Part shown: positions 1-12,680 of the stretch, piece after piece
How positions within the stretch are numbered: the first letter of the stretch is position 1
Layout of the letters: the number at the start of each line of letters is the position of its first letter
Source of the DNA: Thermoproteota archaeon
GTDB lineage: Archaea; Thermoproteota; Thermoprotei_A; Sulfolobales; Ignisphaeraceae
Direction: 5' to 3'
Length of the DNA stretch: 64,000 bases
NCBI GenBank assembly: GCA_030550585.1
Contig: JAUQPB010000004.1
Location: 64,001-128,000 of the forward strand
The notes under the pieces: generated by a model
The model's database searches: none
Told to the model about the DNA's origin: nothing
The model's input: only the letters and a program-made list of their open reading frames with translations
Position numbers and translations under genes: made by a program

Positions 1-10
1 TGTCAAGAAT

Positions 11-697
11 TTGAGGGGTGTTGTTCTAGCCGATATTGATGAGGATGGTGTTTGGAGTAGTGTTATGTGGCTTGTTAACCGGTTTAGGTATCGCGATCTT
101 GGGATTGTCCCAAGTGTTGTTAAGAGGTATAGGAGTTTGTTGGAGAGGTACTTGAATGGGAATCCATTTAGAGAGCTTGTTTCTCCGACAGACTCTATCC
201 AGATTTTTATAGAGAGGCTGGGGAGGGCATCTGGTCTTCCGCTAGAGGTTGTAGAGCTTTTGGCTCTATCATCAGCATATATATCGCCTGCTATTGTCAT
301 AGGCAACAAATATTCTGGGTATTTGAAAGAGATTTCGACAGATGTTGTCAATGTGTGCAAAGATATGGATACAAATTCTTGGAAGCTCCATCTGAGAATA
401 GCTGACTATACTATTCTAGACCTCTATGAGGCTAGTGTTGAAGAGGTCTTAAACGCCATTGAGAAGGGGGTGTCGAGACAGCTTCTAGAGAAGATTTCGG
501 ATGGTAGAAGAAGTGTTATAGAGGCTGATAAGAAGAGGTATTGGAGGATAGCATGCGATAGTGGAAAGCCATTTCTATACTACATAGACATGGTAAACAT
601 TGTGCTTAGATACGATGTGTACAAAGATCTTGTTGCAGACCATGCTGCATGCCTATCGATAGTACCTGTAGTTATGATCCCGCCAAACATGAAATAG
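11..697 (+). CDS. Hypothetical protein
   Basis: 228-aa ORF, no recognised motif; start uncertain (near window edge). Confidence 0.6.
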   Translation: MRGVVLADIDEDGVWSSVMWLVNRFRYRDLGIVPSVVKRYRSLLERYLNGNPFRELVSPTDSIQIFIERLGRASGLPLEVVELLALSSAYISPAIVIGNKYSGYLKEISTDVVNVCKDMDTNSWKLHLRIADYTILDLYEASVEEVLNAIEKGVSRQLLEKISDGRRSVIEADKKRYWRIACDSGKPFLYYIDMVNIVLRYDVYKDLVADHAACLSIVPVVMIPPNMK

Positions 698-714
698 CTG
701 TAGGGCTGTATGAA

Positions 715-1248
715 ATGGGTGTAGAGGTTTTCTACACAACCGAAGACATAGATGTTAGGAAATGCGTTGAAGCTGCAATTGTAGAGATACTCAATCTAAA
801 GATAGTTGATGAACGCGATATAGCCCTGCCAGACTGGCTATTCGATCAACGCAGAAAACAGTATAGAGCTGAGGAGGTTCTAGACTACATAGCTACACTA
901 AGAAAATATGAGAAAACATATGTGTTTGGAGTCATAGATGCCGATGGCTATGTAAAAGGGCTCAACTTTGTCTTTGGAGTGGCATATCCACATATGGGAG
1001 CTGTGGTGTTTCTACAGAGACTGAAGACACAATCAAAAGAATTGTTTTTGTTGAGAACAAGAAAAGAGGTTCTACATGAGCTAGGCCACGTACTTGGATT
1101 AGAACATTGCAAACAATTTGGGTGTGTAATGAACTTCAGCAACTCGGTCTTCGAGGTAGATATGAAGAGAGATGCTTTTTGCAAAAAATGTGCCTCAAAG
1201 CTTAGCGAATTCGGTGTAGTGGTAAATCCTAGACATGTTCTAATCTAA
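715..1248 (+). CDS. amzA: Archaemetzincin family Zn-dependent metalloprotease
   Basis: HELGHVLGLEHC zinc motif, CxxxxCVMNFSNS, FCxxC, GLNFVFG; ATG 715 preferred over 649. Confidence 0.9.
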   Translation: MGVEVFYTTEDIDVRKCVEAAIVEILNLKIVDERDIALPDWLFDQRRKQYRAEEVLDYIATLRKYEKTYVFGVIDADGYVKGLNFVFGVAYPHMGAVVFLQRLKTQSKELFLLRTRKEVLHELGHVLGLEHCKQFGCVMNFSNSVFEVDMKRDAFCKKCASKLSEFGVVVNPRHVLI

Positions 1249-1315
1249 ACATATTGCAATAGCTGTTTAGACGAGCTTGACTTTTCATGACTGTGAAACA
1301 TAATCTGTATCTACA

Positions 1316-1331
1316 AAAACATTTATATATA
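1316..1331 (+). promoter_or_regulatory. BRE/TATA promoter of the ferredoxin-OFOR operon
   Basis: AAAAC-ATTTATATATA about 45 bp upstream of the ferredoxin ATG; GGTG SD-like motif before the start. Confidence 0.55.
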
Positions 1332-1373
1332 AGATCCAATGATTTTATTTGGTGAACACGAGGTGTGGTATCC

Positions 1374-1619
1374 ATGGCTAGATATAGGGTTGTAGTTGAT
1401 AGAGTTACATGTATTGCATGTGGTGCTGCTCCAGCTACATGCCCTGAGATATTTGAGCTTGGGTCTGACAATGGGAAGAACAGGGTTGTTGAAAAGTATA
1501 GTGTTAAAACAGATGATAGTGTTTCCATAGGGGAGATACCCGAGGAGCTGTACAGTTGCGCCAAGGCAGGAGCTGATGTGTGTCCCGTTAACGCTATAAA
1601 GATCGAGAGAATTGAGTAG
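1374..1619 (+). CDS. Monocluster ferredoxin, probably [3Fe-4S] type
   Basis: CIACGAAPATCP ... ADVCPVNAI; one canonical Cys replaced. Confidence 0.9.
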   Translation: MARYRVVVDRVTCIACGAAPATCPEIFELGSDNGKNRVVEKYSVKTDDSVSIGEIPEELYSCAKAGADVCPVNAIKIERIE

Positions 1620-1629
1620 GGGCTAGCCA

Positions 1630-1941
1630 ATGTCTGATAAAGATGTTTGTTCTAGATGCATATTTTTTAAACCAAATATCTATTATCCTTATATAGGCTA
1701 TTGCATCATCAAAAAAGAGACAAGGTTCTATGAAGAGCCTGCTGTTTGCGAGTCTTTCAGACCTTCTTCTATTGATGAGCTTAAAAAAGCTCTAGAAGCG
1801 CAGGGGTGGCTATATTGTGTGAATTGCAGGAAGGTTATCCACGATGTTGAGGAGCTGGAGAAGCATGTTAGAGAACACCTTGTTTCTACTGGGATAGTTA
1901 TAGATGAGGCTGTGGCCGAGGAGGCTCACTCTGTTGACTGA
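1630..1941 (+). CDS. Small Cys/His-rich putative metal-binding protein
   Basis: CxxC-x14-C..C and CxxC-x12-HxxxH (C2H2-like) motifs. Confidence 0.7.
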   Translation: MSDKDVCSRCIFFKPNIYYPYIGYCIIKKETRFYEEPAVCESFRPSSIDELKKALEAQGWLYCVNCRKVIHDVEELEKHVREHLVSTGIVIDEAVAEEAHSVD

Positions 1942-1946
1942 TAACA

Positions 1947-4812
<2,866 letters not shown>

Positions 4813-4956
4813 AATCTTGGCTATGAGAATATGCCTACCTTTTCAACACCCCAATCCCACTAAATACGCTAAAATTCCCTAGATATGCTGGCTTTAGATG
4901 AGCTAAAGAGCCTCTAACATTGACAGTATTCTTAAATAACTATAAAGGGTTGCAAC

Positions 4957-5724
4957 ATGTGTGTACACATATTGTTGCCAATAGCTTCAGCTCTATTTTT
5001 ATTAGAGTCTATTGTAGTGTTAGCTCATAACTTTCCTTGGATTGTGAGGCTGTGGAGGCTTAGAGTACATCATTTGAGGCTTTTCAGAGACGATCTGCCC
5101 ATTCTAATAGTATCTGATATCCATCTAGGCAATAGAGATAGTTTGGGCAAGGATGTTCTTAGAATTGCTTCGAAGCGTGGTTTTCATACACTTGTCATAG
5201 CTGGAGATTTGCTTGACAAGAGAACTCTATTCAGCGACAAGATCTTCGATCTTCTCGAAAAATTTCTTGTGGGGAACATTAGAAATGTTCTCTATGTACC
5301 CTCATCGTCTAGCCACGATATCAAGCCCCTGCCCACTGGCCCAATATCGAGGCAACTCAATGGCAAGAGAGTTGTGGTGGTTCCCGAGGTGCTGGCTTTA
5401 TCTGTAGACGGATGTGTTGGAAGTTTGTATATAACGCATGGCGACTATTCGTCGAGGAATGGTATATTCGCTCACATAATTGATGCAATAACTTTGAAAG
5501 TTTTTTCTAAGCCTTTCACAGGAACCATTCTCAGAAAGATTCTTGAGACCGGCGACGTCGACTGGGTTATTCATGGCCATAGCCACTTAGCAGTACATTC
5601 ACAAAAACTTAGGATTGTCGATACCGGGTGCTGGGTAAAGAGACCACATGAATCTGTGCAGAGAGCGTTTGCTGTTGCTACATGTAGAAATGGTGTTGTG
5701 GAGGTTGATTTGATCAGGATATGA
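4957..5724 (+). CDS. Metallophosphoesterase (calcineurin-like) with N-terminal hydrophobic segment
   Basis: SDIHLG, AGDLLD, THGD, GHSH motifs; GNHD degenerated to SSHD. Confidence 0.8.
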   Translation: MCVHILLPIASALFLLESIVVLAHNFPWIVRLWRLRVHHLRLFRDDLPILIVSDIHLGNRDSLGKDVLRIASKRGFHTLVIAGDLLDKRTLFSDKIFDLLEKFLVGNIRNVLYVPSSSSHDIKPLPTGPISRQLNGKRVVVVPEVLALSVDGCVGSLYITHGDYSSRNGIFAHIIDAITLKVFSKPFTGTILRKILETGDVDWVIHGHSHLAVHSQKLRIVDTGCWVKRPHESVQRAFAVATCRNGVVEVDLIRI

Positions 5725-5775
5725 AACTTGAGATGTGTCTGTGGATACCTAGGAATAATTGGGTTGGAAAAAAGA

Positions 5776-7380
5776 TTATTTGGAGAGTATCGCCTCGAAC
5801 ACATCTTTGTCTACTTCATCTACTGTTGGTATCCCCAACACCCTAGCAGCCCTTTCTGTTAGTGCTGCTACATCCGATCTGTCTAACAGCCACAGCTTAT
5901 ACTTTCTCTGCCCAGCCATCAAAATCTTTATTCCTACTGCAATTTTTGTGAAGTATGTGTATAGACCTATTGCACCCGATTTCAGCAGCTTCTCATAGTT
6001 TGATGCTCCATATCTTGCCACAATCTCTGGGGCTGCCACGAAGAACTGCTCTGGCTTTGTGCCATACCTTTTAGCGAAGTCTGGTGGTAACGCACCTTTT
6101 TGGGCAAGCTCTAGGAAGTACTTTGACTTCATGACAGCTGTTATTGGTGCTCGGGCCACTGCAACTGCTTTAACGTATGGCCCTTCCCCAAAGTTGCTGA
6201 GGGCAATGGCCTTGACTATTTGGTGCTCGTTCGAGAAGCCGCCAGCCATTGCAATGTCTGGTATGTGCATACCCCTCTTCTTCATTATGTTGCATGCTTT
6301 TAGAACCCAGGCCTCCATGTATAGTGTTGGAACGCCGCTTTCATTCATCATTGGTATTGGTGACATTCCTGTTCCTCCGCCAGCACCATCAAATGTCACA
6401 CCATCTGCTTTAGCCTCTGAGGCTAGCTTTAAAACAAATGCTATTTCTGCTGGTCTATATGTGCCAGTCTTTATCCATATCCTCTTAACACCCATTGATC
6501 TGAGCTTGTCTATCCTCTCTAGGAAGTGCTGCGGGTCTGGCTTAGCTATTCTGCTATGCCTTTCAAACGTCTTTATAGCACCAAGCTTGTATGCCTCTTG
6601 AACGTTTTTGTCTTCTGGGTCTGGAATAACGATGTAGCCTCTTCTCTTAAGCTCTATAGCCCTATTAATATCGCTTACCCTTACCTCACCACCTATAGAT
6701 TTTGCTCCCTGGCCAAACTTCTTCTCAATTGTGTTCACCTCTAGCTTAGATGCAGCATATATGTCAACCCCCATCATCTCGTCTTCAACATTTGTCTGAA
6801 CGGCTATGTCTCCATGTCTACCATCCCAAAACTCTCTATATGTCCTAACCCTGTACTCCATATCCTTAGAGCTGACAACCTGGCCATTTGAAAACACAGC
6901 CTCTTTGTCCATGCCACACACATTTTCTCCAACAACCATTGCTGTACCAGATATCGCAGCTCCATATGCAAGTCCATCCCAATTCCTCTTGGCCACATCA
7001 GTAGAGCCAAGCGCAGCTATAAACACTGGTATTCTTAAATCGACACCACCATACCTTGTGGAGACATCGACATTTTCAAATATCATCTTATCTGGTATGG
7101 GCTCAACACCAAACACTTGGGATAGTCTCGGCATCAACTGTACATCTGACCAGTCTAGGCCAAAGTCCTTGTTGGCTGCTGCTGTACTCGCACCGAACTC
7201 TTCTGGCTCTGGATACAGCACCTCCCTGCCTCTGAAAGCGGCTTTGCCAATATCACATAGTATAGGGCAGCTGTATATACATAGTGAGCAAATTCCGCTT
7301 AGAGGCGTTATATCGGGGCTTCTAGTTCTTGTGCCAGCCAGTAGACTGCTATTCTCTGTTGGAAGCTTTTTCTCAGGCAT
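5776..7380 (-). CDS. FMN-binding glutamate synthase family protein (stand-alone GltB domain 2-like)
   Basis: N-terminal CxxCxxxC, KFGQGAK, DGAGGGTGMSP, IAMAGG. Confidence 0.85.
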   Translation of the reverse strand: MPEKKLPTENSSLLAGTRTRSPDITPLSGICSLCIYSCPILCDIGKAAFRGREVLYPEPEEFGASTAAANKDFGLDWSDVQLMPRLSQVFGVEPIPDKMIFENVDVSTRYGGVDLRIPVFIAALGSTDVAKRNWDGLAYGAAISGTAMVVGENVCGMDKEAVFSNGQVVSSKDMEYRVRTYREFWDGRHGDIAVQTNVEDEMMGVDIYAASKLEVNTIEKKFGQGAKSIGGEVRVSDINRAIELKRRGYIVIPDPEDKNVQEAYKLGAIKTFERHSRIAKPDPQHFLERIDKLRSMGVKRIWIKTGTYRPAEIAFVLKLASEAKADGVTFDGAGGGTGMSPIPMMNESGVPTLYMEAWVLKACNIMKKRGMHIPDIAMAGGFSNEHQIVKAIALSNFGEGPYVKAVAVARAPITAVMKSKYFLELAQKGALPPDFAKRYGTKPEQFFVAAPEIVARYGASNYEKLLKSGAIGLYTYFTKIAVGIKILMAGQRKYKLWLLDRSDVAALTERAARVLGIPTVDEVDKDVFEAILSK

Positions 7381-7579
7381 GTCTATCCGCCGATTTTGAA
7401 CCAAGATCTTGATCTACAATTATAAAAACTTTGCTATTGATTAGATTTTTATTTCTATTAAAATATGCTTATATGTGTTTATACCATATTAAACACTGGT
7501 TTTAACCTCCGCAACATACTACCTAAATTTGATAACACTAAAATATTGGTAGCCAAGACATATACAAGAATGTGAAACC

Positions 7580-9475
7580 ATGGGAACAAAACTCGCCTTG
7601 TACATTGCCCTCCCCTCTGTAGATGCGCTACTACGTGATTTGAGAAAGTTTGACGCTTTGGTTTCACTATTGAAGCGCTTGGGTTTTGAGAAGGTTTATC
7701 TTGAGAACTATAGAGATGGCAAGCTGCTGAGCGAGAATGAGATGGCTAGGATTAGGGACATGTTTGAGAAGGAGTTTAGTGTTGCTGGTGGTGTTGCTAT
7801 AGGTACTTGGGGGCCTGGCATGGGTAGAAACGCCGATTTTTGGAGTGTCTGTGCTTGTATAGATGATGAGAGGAATGTTGGCTTATTTGAAAAGGCTGTT
7901 GTTCAGCAGGCTAAGATTTTTGACGAGGTTCTAATCGATGATTTCTGGGCCAACTGGTGCTATTCCAACGAAGGGGTTGAATATCTCAACAAATCATTTG
8001 GTGTTTCACTAACACTACCCAGTTTGAGAAGGCTTTTGATGGTTGATGACGAGGTTAGGAGGCTGTGGTCAGAATACTCAAAAACTCTTCTAGCCAATGC
8101 ATCGAGGAGGATATACGATAGTGCCAAGGCTGTTAACAACAATGTTAGAGTTGTTTTGAAGGTTGCTGAGTGGCGCGAGCATTTTCTGCATAGAGGTCTT
8201 GACCTGCCACTCATGGCAAAGATATTCGATGGTATATATGTTGGTACAGAGTCTAGAGAGGGAACAAAGAGATTTGGATCTCTTTTCATAATAGACTATG
8301 TAAGAGCATTTGTGGGAGAGAAGCTAAGGGGTGTGTGGTTCGATTCTTACAACGGGCTTGGAATATCCACTACAATGTCTCCAGAGACATTTGAGGAGCA
8401 GCTGTGGTATAGCTTCTTAGGCAAGGTAGATGAGATAACATTTTTCCAGGGAGTAGAATACATAGATTTTGTTGTTGAGGAGCATAAGCATGATATGAGG
8501 AGCCTCTTCATAATGGATGAGAGCAGAAGAGAGCATATAGCACATGTTGAGAGGAGCCTACCTCTTCTAAGATCTGTTGAAAACCTGTTGACTGAGGAGA
8601 AGATCGGTGTTGTCTCCCCAGCTATCCAACCGCTTTGGAGCGATCCATACGATGGATACATAGAGGATGTTCTCGGGTCTATGGGAATACCATTAACAGC
8701 CAAGCCCATTGACAAGCTGAGGCAAGGAGATGTTGTTTTGGTGAAAAGACATATTCTTAAATATGTGGATCTATTCGATCTGCTGAGAAAGGGGGTTAAC
8801 ATTGTCTTAACAGCTGCAGCAACGGAGAGCATTGCCAGAGGTGCTCTAGGTTATGATGCTATTAGTGTTGTGGGTGCTGATATAGATGAGCCTATTCTTC
8901 ATAGCGTTGTCGAGGCCGTGGCCTTCACCGATGGGAAAACCTATGCTGATAGAAGTCATAGAAGACCTTATGTATACGCCTTTGGCCCTGTCTTAAAAAT
9001 GGATAGAAGTGCTAGCATCAAGGTGCTTCTATATGGTGTTGATGAGAGGGGCTGGAAATACCCAGCGATTTACGTGGTTGACCATGGAAATGCGAAAGTG
9101 GTTGTCGCTACCATAACCAGAAACTCTCTGGCATACCTACACCAGTTCCCAGAGATAGCTAGGCAGGCACTAAGAGACGCTTTATACAGTTTCATTGGCG
9201 TTAAGATAGAGTCTAGAGCTCGTGACCCCAATTCCAGTGAAACTTCGGATATAGCTGTAGTTGTGTACAAGTCTAGGAGCATCGCCTTAGTGAACAACAA
9301 TCTTTATAACAACTACCTTGGTCTTGTAGTCAATAAGAAGATGTTTGGGGTCTCTAACTTTGCTGGCTCTGAGCTTGGCGCGGCAAAGGCGGTCAATGTT
9401 GAGGATATTGGTGAGGAAATCAGGGTGGATGTAAAAATTGCTAGACACTCCTTCGATCTAATGAGGTTTGGATAG
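7580..9475 (+). CDS. Hypothetical protein, possible glycoside hydrolase-like TIM barrel
   Basis: 631 aa; acidic strand-end motifs (FDEVLIDDF, YVGTESR); next to a GH20 gene; function is inference. Confidence 0.5.
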   Translation: MGTKLALYIALPSVDALLRDLRKFDALVSLLKRLGFEKVYLENYRDGKLLSENEMARIRDMFEKEFSVAGGVAIGTWGPGMGRNADFWSVCACIDDERNVGLFEKAVVQQAKIFDEVLIDDFWANWCYSNEGVEYLNKSFGVSLTLPSLRRLLMVDDEVRRLWSEYSKTLLANASRRIYDSAKAVNNNVRVVLKVAEWREHFLHRGLDLPLMAKIFDGIYVGTESREGTKRFGSLFIIDYVRAFVGEKLRGVWFDSYNGLGISTTMSPETFEEQLWYSFLGKVDEITFFQGVEYIDFVVEEHKHDMRSLFIMDESRREHIAHVERSLPLLRSVENLLTEEKIGVVSPAIQPLWSDPYDGYIEDVLGSMGIPLTAKPIDKLRQGDVVLVKRHILKYVDLFDLLRKGVNIVLTAAATESIARGALGYDAISVVGADIDEPILHSVVEAVAFTDGKTYADRSHRRPYVYAFGPVLKMDRSASIKVLLYGVDERGWKYPAIYVVDHGNAKVVVATITRNSLAYLHQFPEIARQALRDALYSFIGVKIESRARDPNSSETSDIAVVVYKSRSIALVNNNLYNNYLGLVVNKKMFGVSNFAGSELGAAKAVNVEDIGEEIRVDVKIARHSFDLMRFG

Positions 9476-11179
9476 AAGAGATCTTTCCATTTCTGTTACT
9501 CCGGCTGCCCTCCAGAATTTCCCAACAACTGTTTCCAGTCCCTGCGGCTTTCTCTCGCTTAGCCACAGCTCTATATACATTTTTGCAAGTGCTATATAGT
9601 CAGAAGCTGTTTCTCTGCCATCCAAAACCTTTAGAACAAGCTTGTAGAACTCCTTCACAAATTCTAGCTCCTTTGGCAAATTGATTAACTCAGCCATTTT
9701 CACAACCTCCTCAATCTCCCTCCTCATACTATCCACAACACTCTTATCCAAATACATTTTAGCAATCTTCATATCTTCTGTCTTCAATGCTATGTGCTTT
9801 GGCAGCCAGAAGCCCCATCTAGTCCAATACTCGTCCTTGGCACTGAAGATCTTGCCAAACCATTTTCTAATCTCTAGAACTTCTCTACTTTCACCTGTTA
9901 ATGCAAGCCACTTCTCCTCCCATTTACCCACACCCTCAGCAATCTCCATAGCAGCTAATATGAGTGGGTACAGATATTGGAATAGACACTCACTTCCATC
10001 ATCACCCCAAGCAGTTATAAGAAACCCCTCAACACTTGAATCGTTTTTGGCAGCCTCGAAGAAGTTCCTTAGATTCTCTAGTGCCGTTAGGAAATCTGGG
10101 TAGAATCTACTCCAATTCCACAGACCAGGTGCAATAATCTGCTTCAACCCTCTATCCCCAATAACCCTTATAGAATGCTTAAAGTGTTCTACAGGACTTG
10201 GTGTATAGTCCCAATTGACAATTATGGCCTCTCTCCATATTTTGCTCTCCAAAATCTTTCTCCAAATCTCTTTCTCACTTTCTTTCAAATAACTAGCCGT
10301 TATCATATCCCCCCACAACATAGGTTTTTTGCCATAACTCTTAACAACATCTATCAACATCTTCATGTGTTTTTCATAGATTTCAGGGCCTCTGAATGTG
10401 TTTGTCTTATCAAGGCTTCTCCCTCTTCCGAGAGCCCATGTCTCATCCCCTCCAATGTGGATGTACTGTGATGGGAAGAACTCTACAACTTCTTGTAGAA
10501 GCTCTTTAGCAAAGTTCCTAGCCTCTTCGTCAGATGCATCCAAAACCCCTTCTCTTGGATTGTGCCACTCACTATATTTTCTGTATGGGGGTAGAACAAG
10601 GATGTTTTCCATGTGGCCTAGGAGCTCAAGTGATGGTATAACCTCTACACCAAGTTTCTTACCATATTCTATAACCTCTTTGAGTTCATCTCTGCTATAC
10701 CTACCCCGAACAACTCCAATATCTCTGTACTTCTCCCATGGAAACAAATCCTCTAGGTAAAGGGCTAGGTAATTATATTTCAAGAGGTAAAGCCATTTCA
10801 AAAGCTTTTTAAGAGCATCAACTGTTGGTACACCACCTCTAGCAACATCTAGATGAAAACCTCTAAAAGCATATCTAAACTCTTCAACAACCCTAACACT
10901 AGGCAGTTTATCTCTTCCTTGGAGAACAAGCTGAAGGATTGTGGCATACGCGATCCTCTCATCACCCCAGATCCTGACAACACCTTTCTCAATCCTAAGG
11001 CCGGTTCCCATACCACTGCTTTTCTCAATAATCCAGCTACCCTTGGCAACACTAAACTCCTTGGCTAAGAACTCTGGAAAGTTTTGGAAACCATCAAAAT
11101 CGTACCAAGTGCCATCAAATTCTAGATGCTTTGGCTCAGGAACAATATAAAAATTTTTCATATCCTTCACACAATGCAT
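9458..11179 (-). CDS. Beta-N-acetylhexosaminidase (GH20)
   Basis: RGFHLDVARG, GHM, HIGGDE catalytic motif, MLWGDM, TAWGD. Confidence 0.9.
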   Translation of the reverse strand: MHCVKDMKNFYIVPEPKHLEFDGTWYDFDGFQNFPEFLAKEFSVAKGSWIIEKSSGMGTGLRIEKGVVRIWGDERIAYATILQLVLQGRDKLPSVRVVEEFRYAFRGFHLDVARGGVPTVDALKKLLKWLYLLKYNYLALYLEDLFPWEKYRDIGVVRGRYSRDELKEVIEYGKKLGVEVIPSLELLGHMENILVLPPYRKYSEWHNPREGVLDASDEEARNFAKELLQEVVEFFPSQYIHIGGDETWALGRGRSLDKTNTFRGPEIYEKHMKMLIDVVKSYGKKPMLWGDMITASYLKESEKEIWRKILESKIWREAIIVNWDYTPSPVEHFKHSIRVIGDRGLKQIIAPGLWNWSRFYPDFLTALENLRNFFEAAKNDSSVEGFLITAWGDDGSECLFQYLYPLILAAMEIAEGVGKWEEKWLALTGESREVLEIRKWFGKIFSAKDEYWTRWGFWLPKHIALKTEDMKIAKMYLDKSVVDSMRREIEEVVKMAELINLPKELEFVKEFYKLVLKVLDGRETASDYIALAKMYIELWLSERKPQGLETVVGKFWRAAGVTEMERSLLSKPH

Positions 11180-11268
11180 TAAATTTAGACTGAGAGATGG
11201 CTAAACTTTAATATTTATTACGTTTTAATTTTGTGCAGTATACACGTAATAGAGGAGGCTGTGAATCT

Positions 11269-12678
11269 ATGTCTGCGGATATATCGATTGATTTTGGGAA
11301 GGAGGTTTTGGATAGGGTGCTGAGGAGGGGTGTTGAGGAGGGTTTGGTTAGGCTTCAGGAGAGGAGCTATGAGCTGATAGTGTTTGATAATGGTGTTCTT
11401 AGAAGCTATGGCATATCCAAGGTTGTTGGCATTGGCATACAAGTCTTTGTGAATGGTTTTACAGGCTATAGCTACACATCCTCACTGTCTTTGGACAGCA
11501 TTGAAAACACTGTTGATAGGGCCATCAAAAACGCTAAGGCGTTGGCAAATGTTGCAAAGCCGCGGAGGTTTGCCGAGGTCTCTGGTGTGAAGGGCTTCTA
11601 TAGAACGAGCTATGCTGAAGACCCCTTTGCTGTTGATCCTTCCGACAAGATTTCGCTTGTTAGAGACCTTAACGTTGGGAGCATGAAGTTCTCCAACATC
11701 GTTTCTGCTGTCACTAGATTTGCTTGTGAAAGGGATAGGAGGGTTGTTGTTTCTAGCAGAGGTGTAGAGGTTTTTAACGAGGTTACAGCAGTTGGCTTAA
11801 GCCACATGGCTGTTGCCAGATCTGGCGAAGTTATGGAGAGAGTCTACGACCAGAAAACATTTGTTGGCGGTTACGAGCATGTTAAAAGATTTGATTGGCA
11901 TGGCTTCGTGGATGAGGTGAACGATCTTGCTGTGAAGGCTTCTCAGGCCAGGGCCCCAAAGGCCGGTGTTTATAGAGCTGTTATCGACAATGAGTTGATA
12001 GGACTTATGCTCCACGAGGCCTTTGGACACGCATCTGAGGGTGACCTTGTTCTCTATAACGCATCTGTTTTGAGGGGTAGAATAGGTGAGAAGGTTGCTA
12101 GCGAGCTTGTGACCATAGTTGACGATGGTCGTGTCGATGGTGGCTACCCCGTATACTACGATGATGAAGGTGTTGAGAAGAGGCAGACTGTTGTTGTTGA
12201 AAGAGGTGTTTTGAGAAGGCACTTGAGTAGCAGGTATGTTGCTGGGGAGCTGGGAATCGAGCTAACTGGAAATGCACGTGCACAGGACATAACATTCAAT
12301 GCTATTGTGAGGCAGACAAACTTTTATATGCTTCCAGGTGATGCAAAGGTTGAGGAGCTTTTCGAAGGGGTTTCCGAGGGGATATACCTGAGGGGCAGAG
12401 GGGCTATGGGGGGACAGGTAGACCCTTCGATGGGGACATTCACATTTAGTGTAGGGCCCTCATACACAATTAAAAATGGTGAGGTTGACAAGCTTGTCAG
12501 AGGTGTTACGGTATCTGGCAACATACTAGATGTTCTGAAGAGCGTTGAGATTGTTGCAAACGATCTGAAGGTTTCTACAAGTGTTTTTGGTGGCTGTGGA
12601 AAATCATCTCAGCTTGCAAGAGTTGGTGATGGAGGGCCACATGTAAGAGTGGCCAAGATTGTTGTGGGTGGTGAGTAG
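11269..12678 (+). CDS. tldD: TldD metalloprotease
   Basis: HEAFGH, YDDEG, TGNAR, RQTN, GCGK motifs. Confidence 0.92.
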   Translation: MSADISIDFGKEVLDRVLRRGVEEGLVRLQERSYELIVFDNGVLRSYGISKVVGIGIQVFVNGFTGYSYTSSLSLDSIENTVDRAIKNAKALANVAKPRRFAEVSGVKGFYRTSYAEDPFAVDPSDKISLVRDLNVGSMKFSNIVSAVTRFACERDRRVVVSSRGVEVFNEVTAVGLSHMAVARSGEVMERVYDQKTFVGGYEHVKRFDWHGFVDEVNDLAVKASQARAPKAGVYRAVIDNELIGLMLHEAFGHASEGDLVLYNASVLRGRIGEKVASELVTIVDDGRVDGGYPVYYDDEGVEKRQTVVVERGVLRRHLSSRYVAGELGIELTGNARAQDITFNAIVRQTNFYMLPGDAKVEELFEGVSEGIYLRGRGAMGGQVDPSMGTFTFSVGPSYTIKNGEVDKLVRGVTVSGNILDVLKSVEIVANDLKVSTSVFGGCGKSSQLARVGDGGPHVRVAKIVVGGE

Positions 12679-12680
12679 AC

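Noticed and set aside
5759-7399. Long plus-strand ORFs inside the glutamate-synthase-like gene (and similar shadow ORFs elsewhere)
   Set aside because: Antisense to well-supported genes, with no motifs.
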